Assembly: GCA_051530055.1 (NCBI GenBank)
Contig: CM121343.1
Location: 4,000,389 to 4,064,388 of the forward strand
Reading direction: 5' to 3'
Source: Neoechinorhynchus agilis
Taxonomy: Eukaryota; Animalia; Acanthocephala
DNA length: 64,000 nucleotides
This document shows, in pieces, positions 46,586-59,015 of the stretch (its first letter is position 1; each line of letters begins with the position of its first letter). Position numbers and translations under genes: made by a program. The notes under the pieces are model-generated. The model was not told the origin of the DNA. It was given only the letters and a program-made list of their open reading frames with translations, and did not search any database.

Positions 46586-48337
46586 AGTCAGACCGGAGAC
46601 TTTCGGACATCTAGCAAATTCACGGAAATCCACATGGAGTCTAAACTCAAAACGATATTTTTCTCGCAAAGTTATTTAATAGCGGTCTTAATTTCCATTT
46701 GTATCAGAAATGTGTCCGTCGTCCCGTGGATTTTTACCTTTGACGTCACCGATTCTTGTACCAATTTTAGCGCACAGTGAATGTTTCTAGACCTCCTTAC
46801 ATATCGACCATTCTATCGGGGTTTTTGATGATTAACCCATACAAAATCTTGAGAATTTTTCATTTCTAAAATTCGTACGCTATTAGGAATTATAGTTGTA
46901 GGCAATACCTTGGATAATCGCCGAATTTAATCGAACGTCTGTCCTTCCACTCTGCTTCCAAGAACCATGCTTAAAAGCTGATGAGAAACCTTCAGGTCGT
47001 TGAAAAAAGAGGAACTTGAAGCTCTTTACAGTTTTCCGCTCGGTTGGGCTCTTCTACTGTCCAGCAGAAATCTACGAAAGTTGGCAACTAGAAGAACCCA
47101 CTGCAGATTCGATGACGGCGCGGATCTTATAATTCGACCGAACGGATGGGTCCCCAGGATAAAAGCGGTATTTTATTGAGATATTTCGAAAGAGGAAGCC
47201 TCGTCAGTCATCTTAAAAGGTTTGTGTTCAGGTTCGCAGAGGATCGCCATTCCCGAGGTTTGAAGACCGCGTGTCCACTCGTACAAACGAGGTGAGGCCT
47301 CCTCGCTAAATATCTTCAATAAAATATGTGTGTTTTAAAGGAATAATTGATTAAATCTGCAATTTAGGTCATTTCATTGCCTTTGCTGCAAAAAGGAGGG
47401 TTATGGCATAACTGCGATGAAACTCACGTCTTTAGTTTTAAATCCGAAATGGAGCAATGGATCGGTAGAGCCTTAAACCGGTCGCTAATGAACTAGCACG
47501 TCTACTACTTTCAGTTAATGCTGTGGCACTGATGTAGAAGGAGCCATTAATTCTTGTGGTCAGTATGGTACCGTTTTTCTCTTGGAAAATCTTAGATTTT
47601 ACGTAAGGATATGTTTATAAATTATGGAACATCTCCATTACCTTTTGCTCGCATCTAATCTGAGACTAAATCGTCGATCTCAATTTATCTGGAAAACGCG
47701 CACTCTGATCGCTTCCACACGTACGATTAAAATTGTCGTTGAATTAAAAAAAATATATAATGAAAACATTTTTGCATCCACAATCTGGGGCTCAGTGGCA
47801 TAAGCACGCTCAAAATGCGCTCGATAGGTCGTTGGGTTCCACGGGGGTCGCGAGGCTGCTCTAAGGGTGGGGTCAGGTTTTGAGATCGCCCATTGACCCC
47901 ATGCCCTTCGAGGGCGACTAAGCGCTTCCGAAAGTTAGCCAAGAGGCCCCCAAAAAAAGATTGCGATTTAAGATAATAAATCCACAAGATGGAAACAGAA
48001 CATTTATCAAACGCTATTTGAGTTCACTTCCACGGTCATTCTTATAATCGTTCAAGGTGCTTCTCAAGACTTTGACCGTTCGAAACATAAATATTTTACG
48101 CTGCGTACTATATGGCAATAAGTGAACATTGACATTCTCGTCCATACAAATTTGATCAGTACATTCCTCCAGGTCCTTGTAAGCCGAAACATCACTGAAC
48201 ACACTGAAATCGTTTGTAACACAATCCGTATTGGCTTTGGCACAAACTCTGAGTTCGCATATGTATTTATACATCTTGATAAGATTTATCATTAATAAGA
48301 TAATCTTGTCGCTGACGAGCTGTCTAAACTTGTACCT
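46585..48337 (-). pseudogene. Direct copy (1753 bp) of 41387-43142: WAPL-like 3' end plus downstream DNA
   Basis: Begins TAGTCAGACCGGAG and ends AAACTTGTACCT as in the parent; a few SNPs and a 3-bp deletion (IKKMYK vs IKMYK). Confidence 0.95.
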
Positions 48338-48881
48338 AGCGAATTATTATATAGTTGAATTATTTTTGATAATTTTCGGCTTTCGCGTAGGCCTTCTTCA
48401 GTCTATCTAAAATGCACTCAAGAAGCACTCAATTTCGTTTATCCGGTAGTTTTCTCAAGATTGAGTTTGTAATCCGTTTTGTTGCTTACAAACGTATCCG
48501 TTTTTGTATCATGATGGCCTCTGTCGTACACTCCGCGTACGAATCTGAGTGCCATCAAAATTAATCTGGTGCCCACGGGACACCATTGTCGAATTCAGTC
48601 CTCTTTAAGGCTGCTCTTCGGTGCTCGGCAATCCTTCTTTTCAGATTGTTCGTTTGTCCCACATATGAAATGACACATTCAGCAGGAACATCCTCATTCT
48701 TCGGCCGAATCGTGAACTCCTTATCCTTGTTATTTCGGGGTTATATAACAAAAAGGGCAGGACTCCACAGTGTACTTCGGCCGAAGAATGAGGATGTTCC
48801 TGCTGAATGTGTCTACAAGATCCCATGTTCCAACTGCAATCTATCTCATATGTGGGACAAACGAACAATCTAAAAAGAAGG
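48338..48881 (-). mobile_element. Penelope-like element remnant: GIY-YIG 3' end (minus, 48709-48338) with an inverted 5' segment (plus, ~48720-48881)
   Basis: Plus strand LHSVLRPKNEDVPAECVYKIPCSNCN(fs)YVGQTNNLKRR. Minus strand YVGQTNNLKRRIAEHRRA...GHQINFDGTQI...EAIMIQK, then a hammerhead motif. The inversion point falls on the palindrome TTCGGCCGAA. Confidence 0.82.
48366..48405 (-). ncRNA. Minimal type-I hammerhead ribozyme at the Penelope-like 3' end
   Basis: GA-CTGAAGA-A-GGC[CTACGCGAAA]GCC-GAAA-ATT-A-TC: intact core, palindromic AATT stem III, UUA cleavage triplet; stem I only 2 bp. Confidence 0.65.
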
Positions 48882-49093
48882 GGTAAAACGGAGAGGATTA
48901 ATGACGGTCAGTGTAGTGTGGGTTATTCTTCACCTTTTATCGCTCACAATTGTTACAAATTAGGATGCGATGGACATTTAGGTGAGGATTCTCCCAAATC
49001 AAAGTCCCTTATTTGCCGTTATTCTGAAACAAGCGACCACGCACACACTTAGGGCTGATAAACCGATATCAGTACTCAAATCAAAGTTGCGGC

Positions 49094-49982
49094 TTAGAAG
49101 TGATCCTTAAGTGCGTTGAGTAGTGATGCGCATTTCGAATGATAATCTCGTTGAGCTTCAACCAGATCCACAAGGCACTTAAGTTGTCTACTATTGGCGG
49201 AACTTTCAATCTGATCGACTAATATCTTGGTAACTTCCATTTGGCGCTCAAATGCTGCCTGGCAAGTACCGAGTTCTACGTCGGGTTCAGAGTCGTTGTT
49301 TGCCTGTTTCATTTTCATTTTAGCGGCATCAAGTTCGAATCTTGCATTTTCTAAATTCTTACGCTCCTTTTGGAGATCTTTAAGATCTCCTTCGATGAAT
49401 CCATGGAGAGGCTGGACAAATCCTGACAAAATGCGTTCATTTGTTTCCTTCTTTATCTTGCCTAATTGCACCTCAACTTCACCTATTGTTTTAAGCGAAG
49501 AACCTGTAAGGCAAAATCATTAGCTACAACCAAATAAAACCAACGTGCCAACCGAACATGGAATTCGGCCCAATATCGACCGAAGCGTCCAACATTAATC
49601 TTCCTAGAGCTTCTAACACATTCGGTTTATCCTTTACTGATTGACCGATCTTCGATAAGATAAATCCTTCCAGTTTCTCCACTTTCAAATGAAATCACAA
49701 TTAAAATCACTATAATGTTAAAAACAACAACCTTGACTCGGTTGGATAAGTCCGTCGGCCTGCTCTATTAAGCGATCGATCCATATTTTTTGCTTTTCGA
49801 CGCGCTTCAATGACGCCTCCAAATTGGGATCTAGTTGGGTTTTCTCGCTCTTACCAAGAGTTTCTTGTGTGACCTTTCGGGAAAAGGGGAAAATCGGCTC
49901 GTAATAGTATCCCACAAACCTGCTGCATACGATTTAGCATTTTGTTAGCCCCTTCGGCCAGTGATTTAAGGTCGAAATTCAT
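49094..49982 (-). CDS. SH3GLB1: Endophilin-B (SH3GLB1-like) N-BAR protein lacking an SH3 domain, 4 exons
   Basis: MNFDLKSLAEGANKMLNRMQQ|VTQETLGKSEKTQLDPNLE...IWIDRL...LIQP, FIEGDLKDLQKERKNLENARFELDAAK, FERQMEVTKILVD, QLKCLVDLVEAQRDY; three GT-AG introns; stop right after the BAR domain. Confidence 0.85.
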
Positions 49983-50361
49983 CTTCCAATACTCAATAAT
50001 ATATGGCTTAATGAAAGCAACAAAAAAAACGCACGAAGCGTTCCGTTTGAGTCATGGAGCTTTTAAGAAGCGTGCTCGCATCCGTCGTGTGAGTACGAGA
50101 ACGGTTGTACGTTTTTACATTCCAACCACTTTCACGCACTTAAATCGATTTCTGACTACTCCGTCTTAGAAGACGTATCAACGACGCATAAACACGAACT
50201 CCCAACGCATAAAGGCGGTGCATACGCGACAACGTCAATATCACAAAACTCAGCTCGCTTTCGAGTCAACTTGATGTGCGGATTATATGTGACGTTTCTA
50301 CCTTCGGTAGACACGAAAGAATTATGAACACACTACGAAGTCTGCGAATTATCAAATTCGC

Positions 50362-50741
50362 TCGAATGGTAAGCGCCCCCGCGGTATCACCGTTCTCCCT
50401 TGGAAAGAAGGGAAAAGTCTAATTTAGGATGCAAAGTGTGTCGACTTGCTTGTCCCGAATAACCGACAAGAGGCCCTAACTGAGACGGGAGGAGCAGCGA
50501 GTGCCGCCGAAAGAAGGAAAGCAGATAAATACAAAGAGCTACGACAAAATTATATATTGCTTTCGGTGTGGAAACGCAAGGAGCACTGGGATCGTCAGCA
50601 CAAAACTTCTGCGCTGAACTAGGACGGCGGCTAACATCCTGCACGGGAGAGCGGCGCGAGAGGACTTTCCTAATCCAAAGGATTAGCCTCGCAATCCAAC
50701 GAGGAAATGCCGTCAGCGTCCGAGACACGATCCCAGCTTAA
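50362..50741 (+). mobile_element. 3' fragment of CRE-clade RLE non-LTR retrotransposon
   Basis: NGKRP(R)GITVLPWKEGKSLI*DAKCVD...GAASAAERRKADKY(fs)FGVETQGALG...FLIQRISLAIQRGNAVSVRDTIPA*; one stop and one frameshift. Confidence 0.85.
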
Positions 50742-51359
50742 AATAAAACACTTCTGAAAAGAATTACAAGAATAAATTAGACTTTGGAAAAAACTATCTG
50801 ATAATTCGCCATAAAAAAGTAAATGATGAACATCTTTACAACATTACGAAGTGTATTCGTTTGTATCAAACCAATTTAAAATATCCATATTTGGTCAGAA
50901 ATCGAAGGGGGATCAGGAGGCGTGGAAGGCCGAGAAAACGATGGAAAGATTGAGTGGCTGAGGTGTCACCTTTACGGAGGAATGTGTGAAGTCTTTGGAC
51001 TGCAAGTTTTTGTGCGACCCCGGGAAGGAAAAGCATGAAGTTGAGGCTGTTGGTCAGAAATCACATGTGTCCTAGGCGAAGCTAGCATGTCCGACAAATC
51101 TGTTAGGAACCCTGAACATTAATAAGCAAAATGGACACTTTTTCGTTGTGCCCAACGATAATCCAGAATCAGTTGGGGCTATAAAATTGCAGCAGACCAC
51201 ACAGACTCCCGTTAACATCTCAACTTCCATTTTTGCCATGGAAATGTGTGGATCTGATGCAGATATTTTCTGGTGATGAGGAAAATAGAGATTGGCTTAT
51301 TTATTCTCATTAAATTTCGTCCGTATCGTTGGACGTCTTGAGGTTGTTTGAAAGTTAAC

Positions 51360-51450
51360 CTGAAAAAGTCGGACGAACGAAATTTAATGGGAAATAATAA
51401 ACCAATCTCTATTCTTCTCATCACCAAAAAATACATATATATGAACAATT
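51360..51450 (+). mobile_element. Possible decayed LINE reverse-transcriptase fragment
   Basis: KKSDERNLMGNNKPISILLITKK resembles the LINE motif KKGD...NYRPISLL; very short. Confidence 0.35.
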
Positions 51451-51685
51451 TCTTTACAGCAATCTGATCTGTGTTCACGGGAGATCTCCGTAACACTTGT
51501 CGAGGATCCCCATCTTCTGTTCTTTTATGAATCGCGATACTGATAGGTGACGCGGCATATCATCCATCGGATGGGTAAAGTCATCAAAGACCCTGACTAA
51601 TTCTCGAATCCAAGGTGGCTAACGAAGACTATTTCGGTATGCAAAGGTTTTTCGGTATGACTCATTGAACAATTATTTCGATAAC

Positions 51686-51845
51686 TTTGACGTCAAGACA
51701 CTTGGGTCGTTCGTAAAACAATCGTCCAAGAGACAAAGACGAATCACTGACTATTCGAGGGCAGGAGCATTCCTCCTGTAAAGCATAATTGTGGCGGTGC
51801 AACGAGCGAGAACGCATCCTCCGTCCTTTCGACCATTACAGCAGG
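51686..51845 (+). mobile_element. Third, more decayed CRE-like RLE 3' fragment
   Basis: FDVKTLGSFVKQ...RITDYSRAGAFLL*SIIVAVQR(fs)NASSVLSTI parallels the fragments at 7.1 and 50.4 kb. Confidence 0.65.
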
Positions 51846-52703
51846 AAAGCAGCTTTAAATGATCCAGAAAGCCAATATCCACACACAATAAATCTAAGAT
51901 TTAGATTCCTGCCAATTCCCACCCAAACGGATTTCCCCCGGCCGGATATTCCAACCCGACCAAACCCGTAATCCGCTCAAAAATCAACAACTGCGGGGTC
52001 TAATTTCTTAAAATTCTATTTTAGTCCGTTGTTTCCTTTGAGATATTCACTAAGGCGTCCTACTCAAAAGAGAAATCTAATTTCAACTGTCTTTAAAGTA
52101 CTACTTGATTCTAAAGCTTCGTTTCGAGTACTAGGTATCTACTTAAATACAAATAGAGCACAATTAGAGATTCAAATAAAAAAATTGAAATTTGACTGTT
52201 AAATGCAAATTGTGTCCTAAAAAGTTCGAGGAATTCTACCACTCGACGAGACGTACATTTCAATACGCGTCCTTTCCTTGTAGAGCTTAAAATTGGATGA
52301 TTTTAATTGATGGCACAGAGCCCCAAATCCAATTATTTTATTATGTTTCTCTGTCAAAGCGTCTTCGTTTGAAAATCATCGAACTGCGCCTCATAGAGTG
52401 TTGGGTGTTAGGATGTTCATTTTAAGATGGAATTTCTTTTTTAAGAACACGGTTGCGGGACAAGTATGTGGGAATTTTCGATAAATGTGCGATCGTAGAA
52501 AAAAGATTTTTGTGGCTTATTGCTTTTAATTCGGCTGAACTGTCCTAAGGAATTTAAAGAGCGAGATCTATATAGAACTTACATATTGCGATTTTTCGAA
52601 GTATCGGGATCTCACGTTTCACGGTCGATATATTATGTAGGTTTATTAAGAGAAAGAGACGTCTTTAAAAGACTATAAAGTTGATGGATTGTCGTGTTTT
52701 CAG

Positions 52704-52740
52704 GATCCTGATGAAGGAGTAAAACTCCGAAATGTTGGTC
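52704..52740 (+). ncRNA. Degenerate minimal hammerhead ribozyme (Penelope pLTR type)
   Basis: GATC-CTGATGA-A-GGAGT[AAA]ACTCC-GAAA-TGTT-GGTC: stem I 4 bp, stem II 5 bp; TGTT replaces the usual CGTC, so probably inactive. Confidence 0.6.
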
Positions 52741-53107
52741 AACCGCGTATAGTGCTCGAATAAGGACAATCGAAAAAGCCTATAAAAACAAATAGGAATT
52801 ATTTGATCTCAAAATCGATTCGCCGTGCGCAAATGATCTTCGAGAGAGTTGAGTGCAGAGAGATTGAACGTTCACATTTCCTTTGTCGATAAAACGAAGT
52901 AAGAAACGCATTATCTGATTTTAGTATTCCGCGTAATCGCCGTTCTACAACGACCGACAAAACCTATTATTTTTTGTGAAACAATTTACATAACGGCACT
53001 TCGGTGTCTGAAATGTGTTCCACTCAATCGCAATGTATCAATCCGGTAGCTCCATTTTGCGCGTGCCGGCCGAATTTTTTTGTTTCTAGTCTACACGGGG
53101 TAACACC

Positions 53108-54200
53108 TTAATTGAGATTCAATGAAGTTTTCGCGTTAAAAAACAATGATTGATGAATGTTTGCCATACCCGTGGATAATTCCTGATCATCGGTAGCTCC
53201 GTTGTCATTAATAATGTACTTTTGTGGAAATTCACCATTAGATCTGCCGTTTCGAATAGTTTTGCCACTTCCATTTAGCCCATTAGTTTTTAGGTACTTT
53301 TCAAAATGTGGCCCCTAAAATGCCGGTAATTAAGAAAATAAGAGTTATCCAACGAACCGGTCCTTTCGGTATTTCTTGAAATATCGAGTTACATTGAACT
53401 TGTATAAGCATGTCTTTTTCCTGTACAAGTTTAAAAAAGCCGACGGCTCAAGTTTAAATCACATAAAAATACTAGCCTCTTGGGTTGTTTCCATTTCGTT
53501 TATGACAGCTACACATTCGGCCTGATGATTTTTAAGTTTTTCAAGGGGACTTAGTGTAGCCATTGGCAGAACATTTGCGCGATTATCATATAACGTTGCA
53601 TCATCCACTATGGTTTCACTTGACATTCTTATTTGATTAGTGGCAAGTTCACGTTTGACGGACTGTACTCCCGGTACATCTGCCGCTGAATTCAAATCAG
53701 CGGATTTTTTAAGCAATGTTTTTAAAGCGTGATTCGAAGCTACTTGAGCATTCTCATCAGATAACAATAATTGATTAGGCAATAGGAGATTATGCAACGA
53801 TTGATCGAAATACTCTGCTTTCGGATCGCTAATTCGTTCTTTGCGGCTATCACTTAAGTAGACGTCCTCGGTGAGCATGGAAGCCTGGGTTTTGCGAGAG
53901 GTTTTCTTCACTAATACACATCCAACGAGCCTACCTGACTTCTTCTCACATCCTCGGGGCGAGGCTTAATCGAAGAAAATACTATGAATAAGACCGTAAA
54001 CAGTGGAATAAAGTGCATGATGGCGTCAACTGCCTTCTCTGTGTATTCGTCGGTGAACGGATTTGTCGTCGTCGTTGTCGTCGTCGTCGTCGTCGTTGTT
54101 GTTGTTGTTGTTGATTGGAGTGCGTGCGTGGTTTTCGTTGCGAGTTATTGTTATCTATGCGAAATGGGAGTGCTTTCACGGTTAGTATCCGCCGATATTG
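53108..54200 (-). CDS. Unassigned multi-exon protein (5' end unresolved)
   Basis: ORF 53459-53911 continues in frame through a 56-nt GC-AG intron (53476-53421) and a GT-AG intron to TAA at 53110-53108; upstream microsatellite-rich exon(s) not resolved. Confidence 0.5.
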
Positions 54201-56047
54201 TAGTAGACACGCTTAGGGAATTGCGTTTAAATAAAATACGGGTAGACATTATTTTGCGCATTAGTTTGCATCCTGATGACTTTTGTAAGCGGAGCGTAAC
54301 TAATACCACCAGCTGCAGTTGTGCGCCGTTGTGTCTTCAACATAGAGATGATTGGTATTTTGTCTCCCCCTCCTCCTCCATACACAATATACCAACGTGG
54401 CTAAGGTGCTTGATGGGTGAAGAAAATGCCATTTCGGAAGGCTGCAGAATGTGTGCAGGCTGCTCTAGATAACGAACCGAGACACATGAGACCGGCAATA
54501 AAAACGATAACGCCTTAGTCCGTCTGAAACCGATTTTCTACACAAAAGACCCATTCTTAAAAATAATCTAAACAACAACCTAATTGCCGCGGTATGCAGC
54601 TTCGAACTAGCTTTACTCATCGCAAGAGAAAGGAAATGGTTGAATCTAAAAGTCCAAAGAGTTGCGTTTCACACTAGGCGTGAATTCTAAAATCTCCATG
54701 GGATGTAGACGCATAAGTGTCGTTTTCGTTCAACGAAGTTAAATTGTATCTTGTGATTTATCGGAAACCCGGACTACCAACAACATCGACGTAACGTCTT
54801 TGGAAATCTAAGGTCGGTCCATTTTCGTTTCCAACCTTCGTGCTTGTAAACTTTATCGAAAAACCGGTTTAGTGGCCAACTTCGTGATTTCGAGAAACAA
54901 ACTTTTCATTGTAAGTGATTTGTCTGATTGAGTTGGGATTTAAAGGCAACCTACGACCACTGAAGGGAGAGCAATGCCTCTTCTTCGTGGACGGTAGTGA
55001 TTGTTTAAACGTTTTGTTGTTGTGTGTATGTAACAAAAAGTGTAATAAAATAACCTAATTAAGAAAATTACGTCTAAGAAGTTTCCTAATCATGATCATT
55101 GTTGTTTAGGTCGCTTGTCAACACACATAGACTGATTCAATCAGTGTCGAAATATATACTTTCGTCTCTTTAACGTGATCTCTCTCGGGTGTCGTCGACA
55201 AGAGACCTAAATAACAAACCACAACCGAATGTAATCCTCACACTAAAATGATCATGATTAGTCGATCAAAATCATGGTTAAAAATAAGGTACGTTTGATT
55301 AACCAATAAGCAAAAAGGAGTAAACTTTACACACGGCCGGATAAGAAATATTTTATTTATTTCAAATATTTCTTGAGGTACGAGCTAAGATAGTAGAAAA
55401 CTCACAATACCTCGTGAAATATTTCAAATAAATTTGTCAAGCTCGGGAGTATGCTCACCACAATTTTAATTCGATTATTCCGAAGGATTTTCTATCCAAG
55501 AAATAGTCGTTGATTTTTGGGAAATTCGAGAAACTCTACCACAAAACATATCATCATGCCTTAAATCCTAAGAACTGAAGAGAACTTCAGCTGAGTAGGC
55601 ACATCATTCATTGAAAATTTGTTTGACGTAAGTTTGAAAAGTGGAAACAGTGTTAATTTTTGTAGATTGGTATTTCAGCTAAGATTTTAGCTGAAGTGTC
55701 ATTGGTATGTTTATAAAAGTCCAAGTGGCGACAGTAGCGGGGCAAAAGAAATTTCTAAAATATAGAGAGCTGTCGGTAGATTTCAAACTTTATCCCAAAT
55801 GGATAACTGATACCCTCAGGGTAGAAGAATGACTGCGTCGCTGATTTGATTCCTTTACCAGAAAAGAATACGCCATTGGTGTTTGATTTGGTTAATAGGC
55901 GTACAAAACGGCCAATGACTTGGATTTCACTTTGCTTGACCGGATTGGTTCGAAATCTCAATGTATTGTGCTAGTTTTCATGTAGAGCAGTCGCCGCTGT
56001 CGAAGCGCCAGATAGCATTAGACGCTTTTTATTCATACATGCATCAA

Positions 56048-57877
56048 TCATTTAGAATCGCTTTTCTTTTCGCTGGCACAGTTTTTGTCTGCGAAAAGCG
56101 TTCTATCATCTACTTGTTCTGCAAGACATATAGTTCGCGTTCGACGCTTTTTCGTTTCCATTTGCAGAAGATGGGTTGTCTCTTCGTCAATCAGTTTTCT
56201 CTTGTTTAGTCCATCAACAAGCTGTCTTAATGTACGACCAGCACTTCTTCTGTACATCTCCAATAGTGGTATGTCTTCCAATACACGTTTTAATCCCTAA
56301 ATCAACGGATAATTGCCTTCACAAATCTATTTACACAAACCTGTTTCATCTGTCCATTTGGCATGATTCTTAATTCGATTAATTGTTTTAAAAGATCGCA
56401 GGTCATCTCGATGTCCATTTGAATGTTTTGTTTTTCAATTAAACACTCAAGGAGCAAGTAGACGAGCTCATGTAAGAAATGAGGTATCGATAATTTCTTT
56501 ATTTCCGCAGCAGTCGTGTCAATCATTTTTATATCGAAGAAATTCTTAACAATAACCCGCAAGGTATCGACCGATTTTTGAACTGGATAACGGCTAGCCA
56601 CTAATGGAAGCCAAATTTTATCAATATCTCCTTTGTCTAAAAAAAACGGAATCATACTAAGGCACGAGTTTGCCTCACGACTTGGTATATCCGACTCGAA
56701 ATGGTGAAGCGACGAGGATGCTAGACAATTGTCGCAGACTGCACGTATTATAAACTTGGCAAGATATTCGGGTGCATTTGGTATATCTTTCACTAAATCC
56801 TCGAGATTGATTAGCATATCAATAAAAGCCTTTTCAATTTGTGATTTATTGATGAATTCGTACGATAGAGGCACCAATAAACTGGATATCAGTTCTCGGT
56901 GAATATCTTGTCGTTCCATTGATAGGACAATGATAAATTGAACCAAATCAGAGCGACGTTGTGATCCCAGCTCCCATTGAGATACACCTTCCTACAATCA
57001 AAAGAAATGGCGAATTTTTGAACGCAATCAAGATGTTCTCAAATCTTTGCTGTTAATGTGTTTTAAGTTCAACTAACCCAAAACGTTAATTCTTTTATAG
57101 ATCACACTTTTACCACCTCAAATACGAACAGTCATTATTCGGGACTCTGCTACTTTCGGATGATTAAATTAGCTCACTAAATCGCATTATTTTTTGGCAC
57201 CAATAAAGCCAAATATTCTCCGGATATCGATCCTTGATTTTTTAGCTTTATAATCTTAAAACAATTATACTAAGCAAAGAGAACACCACTAATAGCACAT
57301 AGATTTGAATCACATCATCAATAAACAATTCTCCCTTAGTCTCACGATGAATTCTTGGGCGTCGCCGTTAAAGAAATATTCTTCAAGGATTGGTTTAATG
57401 TTGTTTTCAAATGAACAGTTTTTTCGCAAGTTAGCCTTCATCATTCTGGCTCGGATTACTTCGAACTATTTTAAAGAAATAGATTAGGCTGATAGAGCAG
57501 TCTCATACCGGTTCTTCATCGCTTTCGTAATTTGGGTCATTATGATCAATAGCGCCCCCGTGATCGACATCCGCATCAACCTCTGATCCGGGCAGTCCCC
57601 ATATGAAGGCGCCACCTCCGCCCTTCTTCTTAGGAAGCCCTCGGTTTCTCAATTTCCTCGCATAATGTTTTGACGATTTAGTTCGTTGTTCGAGAACTGT
57701 ATTTGTTTTAATCTTGCTCTTATTGGCCGTCTCTCGCTCCCAAGTGGAAGTTGATATGGCTCTCTGCCTTACCTGAGGTACGGTTGGTCGATCTGATACC
57801 CTTAGGTTTTCAAGTCTCAGCACCGAGTCATCCGGGTCACTTGATGGTGATTCATCAGCGTCCCGAATTTTTGACAT
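56048..57877 (-). CDS. PDCD4: Programmed cell death protein 4 (MA3 domains), 4 exons
   Basis: RGLPKKKGGGGAFIWGLPGS...DHNDPNYESD, FENNIKPILEEYFFNGD, RELISSLL, LINLEDLVKDIPNAPEYLAKFIIRAVCD, PHFLHELVY, GLKRVLEDIP. Confidence 0.9.
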
Positions 57878-58393
57878 CTCGGAAATTATGATGAAGTATT
57901 GGGAAATGTGAAAGTTCTTTTACGGAAGCTCCGTGAGGGGTTACGCGCGTGGAGTGAGAAAAAGTGGATGCGGCGTTTATGTTAGCATACATTTGAGACC
58001 GCACTTCTACGTGCCTACATTTGCCTAGATTATGATAAAGCTCTCGTCACCGGAGATGCGTGCCACTCAGCAATGCTATTCCCATCTCGTGATGGATCTT
58101 TAGGTATCAAACAAGGATCCGGCTCAAAATATCAAAAGAAAATACGTAGATATTAAAACGTGCTCCTAGATGACTTCGCCTGATTCATCAATGAGCTCAC
58201 ATGCTCATTCTAATATTGACTAAAAAAATATTTTCTTGATCGTTACTAACGGGCAGATCACAACGGCCAAGCTGAAAATTATTGGTTGGACTTGTGGTGA
58301 TCATAACACTCTCACCCGGATTATACATATTTTATTGTTTCACGCTGAAAATAGTCTGCTAAATAACGACTAGAGACTTTCTCTTCGTGAAAT

Positions 58394-59015
58394 ATCTCAA
58401 TTGAAAATACTTGTTTTATCCGGGCGGCGATTATGGTCGCCACATCTCTAATTTTATCATCCCGAAGGATTTTCTCTTTATGACATATCCAAAAAATGAA
58501 TGGAAAATATTTTATTGAAGACATTTCACAATGAAAAACTGGGCGAAAAAAGCTTTTATAATTTCTCAATCATTTAGCAACGACTTAATCTCAATTGAAA
58601 ATACTTATTTTATCCGGGCGGAGATAATGATCATTAAATCTCTAATTCTATCATCCCGAAGGATTTTCTCTTTATGACATATCCAAAAAATGAATGGAAA
58701 ATATTTTATTGAAGACATTTCACAATGAAAAACTGGGTGTAAAAAGCTTTTATAATTTCTCAATAATTTAGCAATGACTTAATCTCAGTTGAAAATATGT
58801 GTTTTATCCGGGCGGAGATAATGATCATTAAATCTCCAATTCTATCATCCCGCAGGATTTTCTCTTTATGACATATCCAAAAAATGAATGGAAAATATTT
58901 TGTTGAAGATATTTCACGATGAAAATCTGGGAGAAAAAAGCTTCTATAATTTCTCAATAATTTAACAATGACTTAATCTTAATTGAATATCCTTGTTTTA
59001 TCCGGGCGGAGATTA
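58394..59015. repeat. Tandem array, 194-bp unit, about 3.3 copies
   Basis: ATCTCAATTGAAAATA...TTTATCCGGGCGG at 58394, 58588, 58782 and 58976. Confidence 0.93.

Noticed and set aside
50280-50320. TACC-GAA-GGTA-GAAACGTC on the minus strand, half a hammerhead
   Set aside because: CUGANGA is absent.
50960-51140. SILLINVQG on the minus strand, like the start of an APE endonuclease
   Set aside because: Immediately frameshifted, with no further APE motifs.
58321-58957. Duplicated minus-strand ORFs MRNY(K/R)SFF...
   Set aside because: They lie in a 194-bp array whose period is not a multiple of 3.
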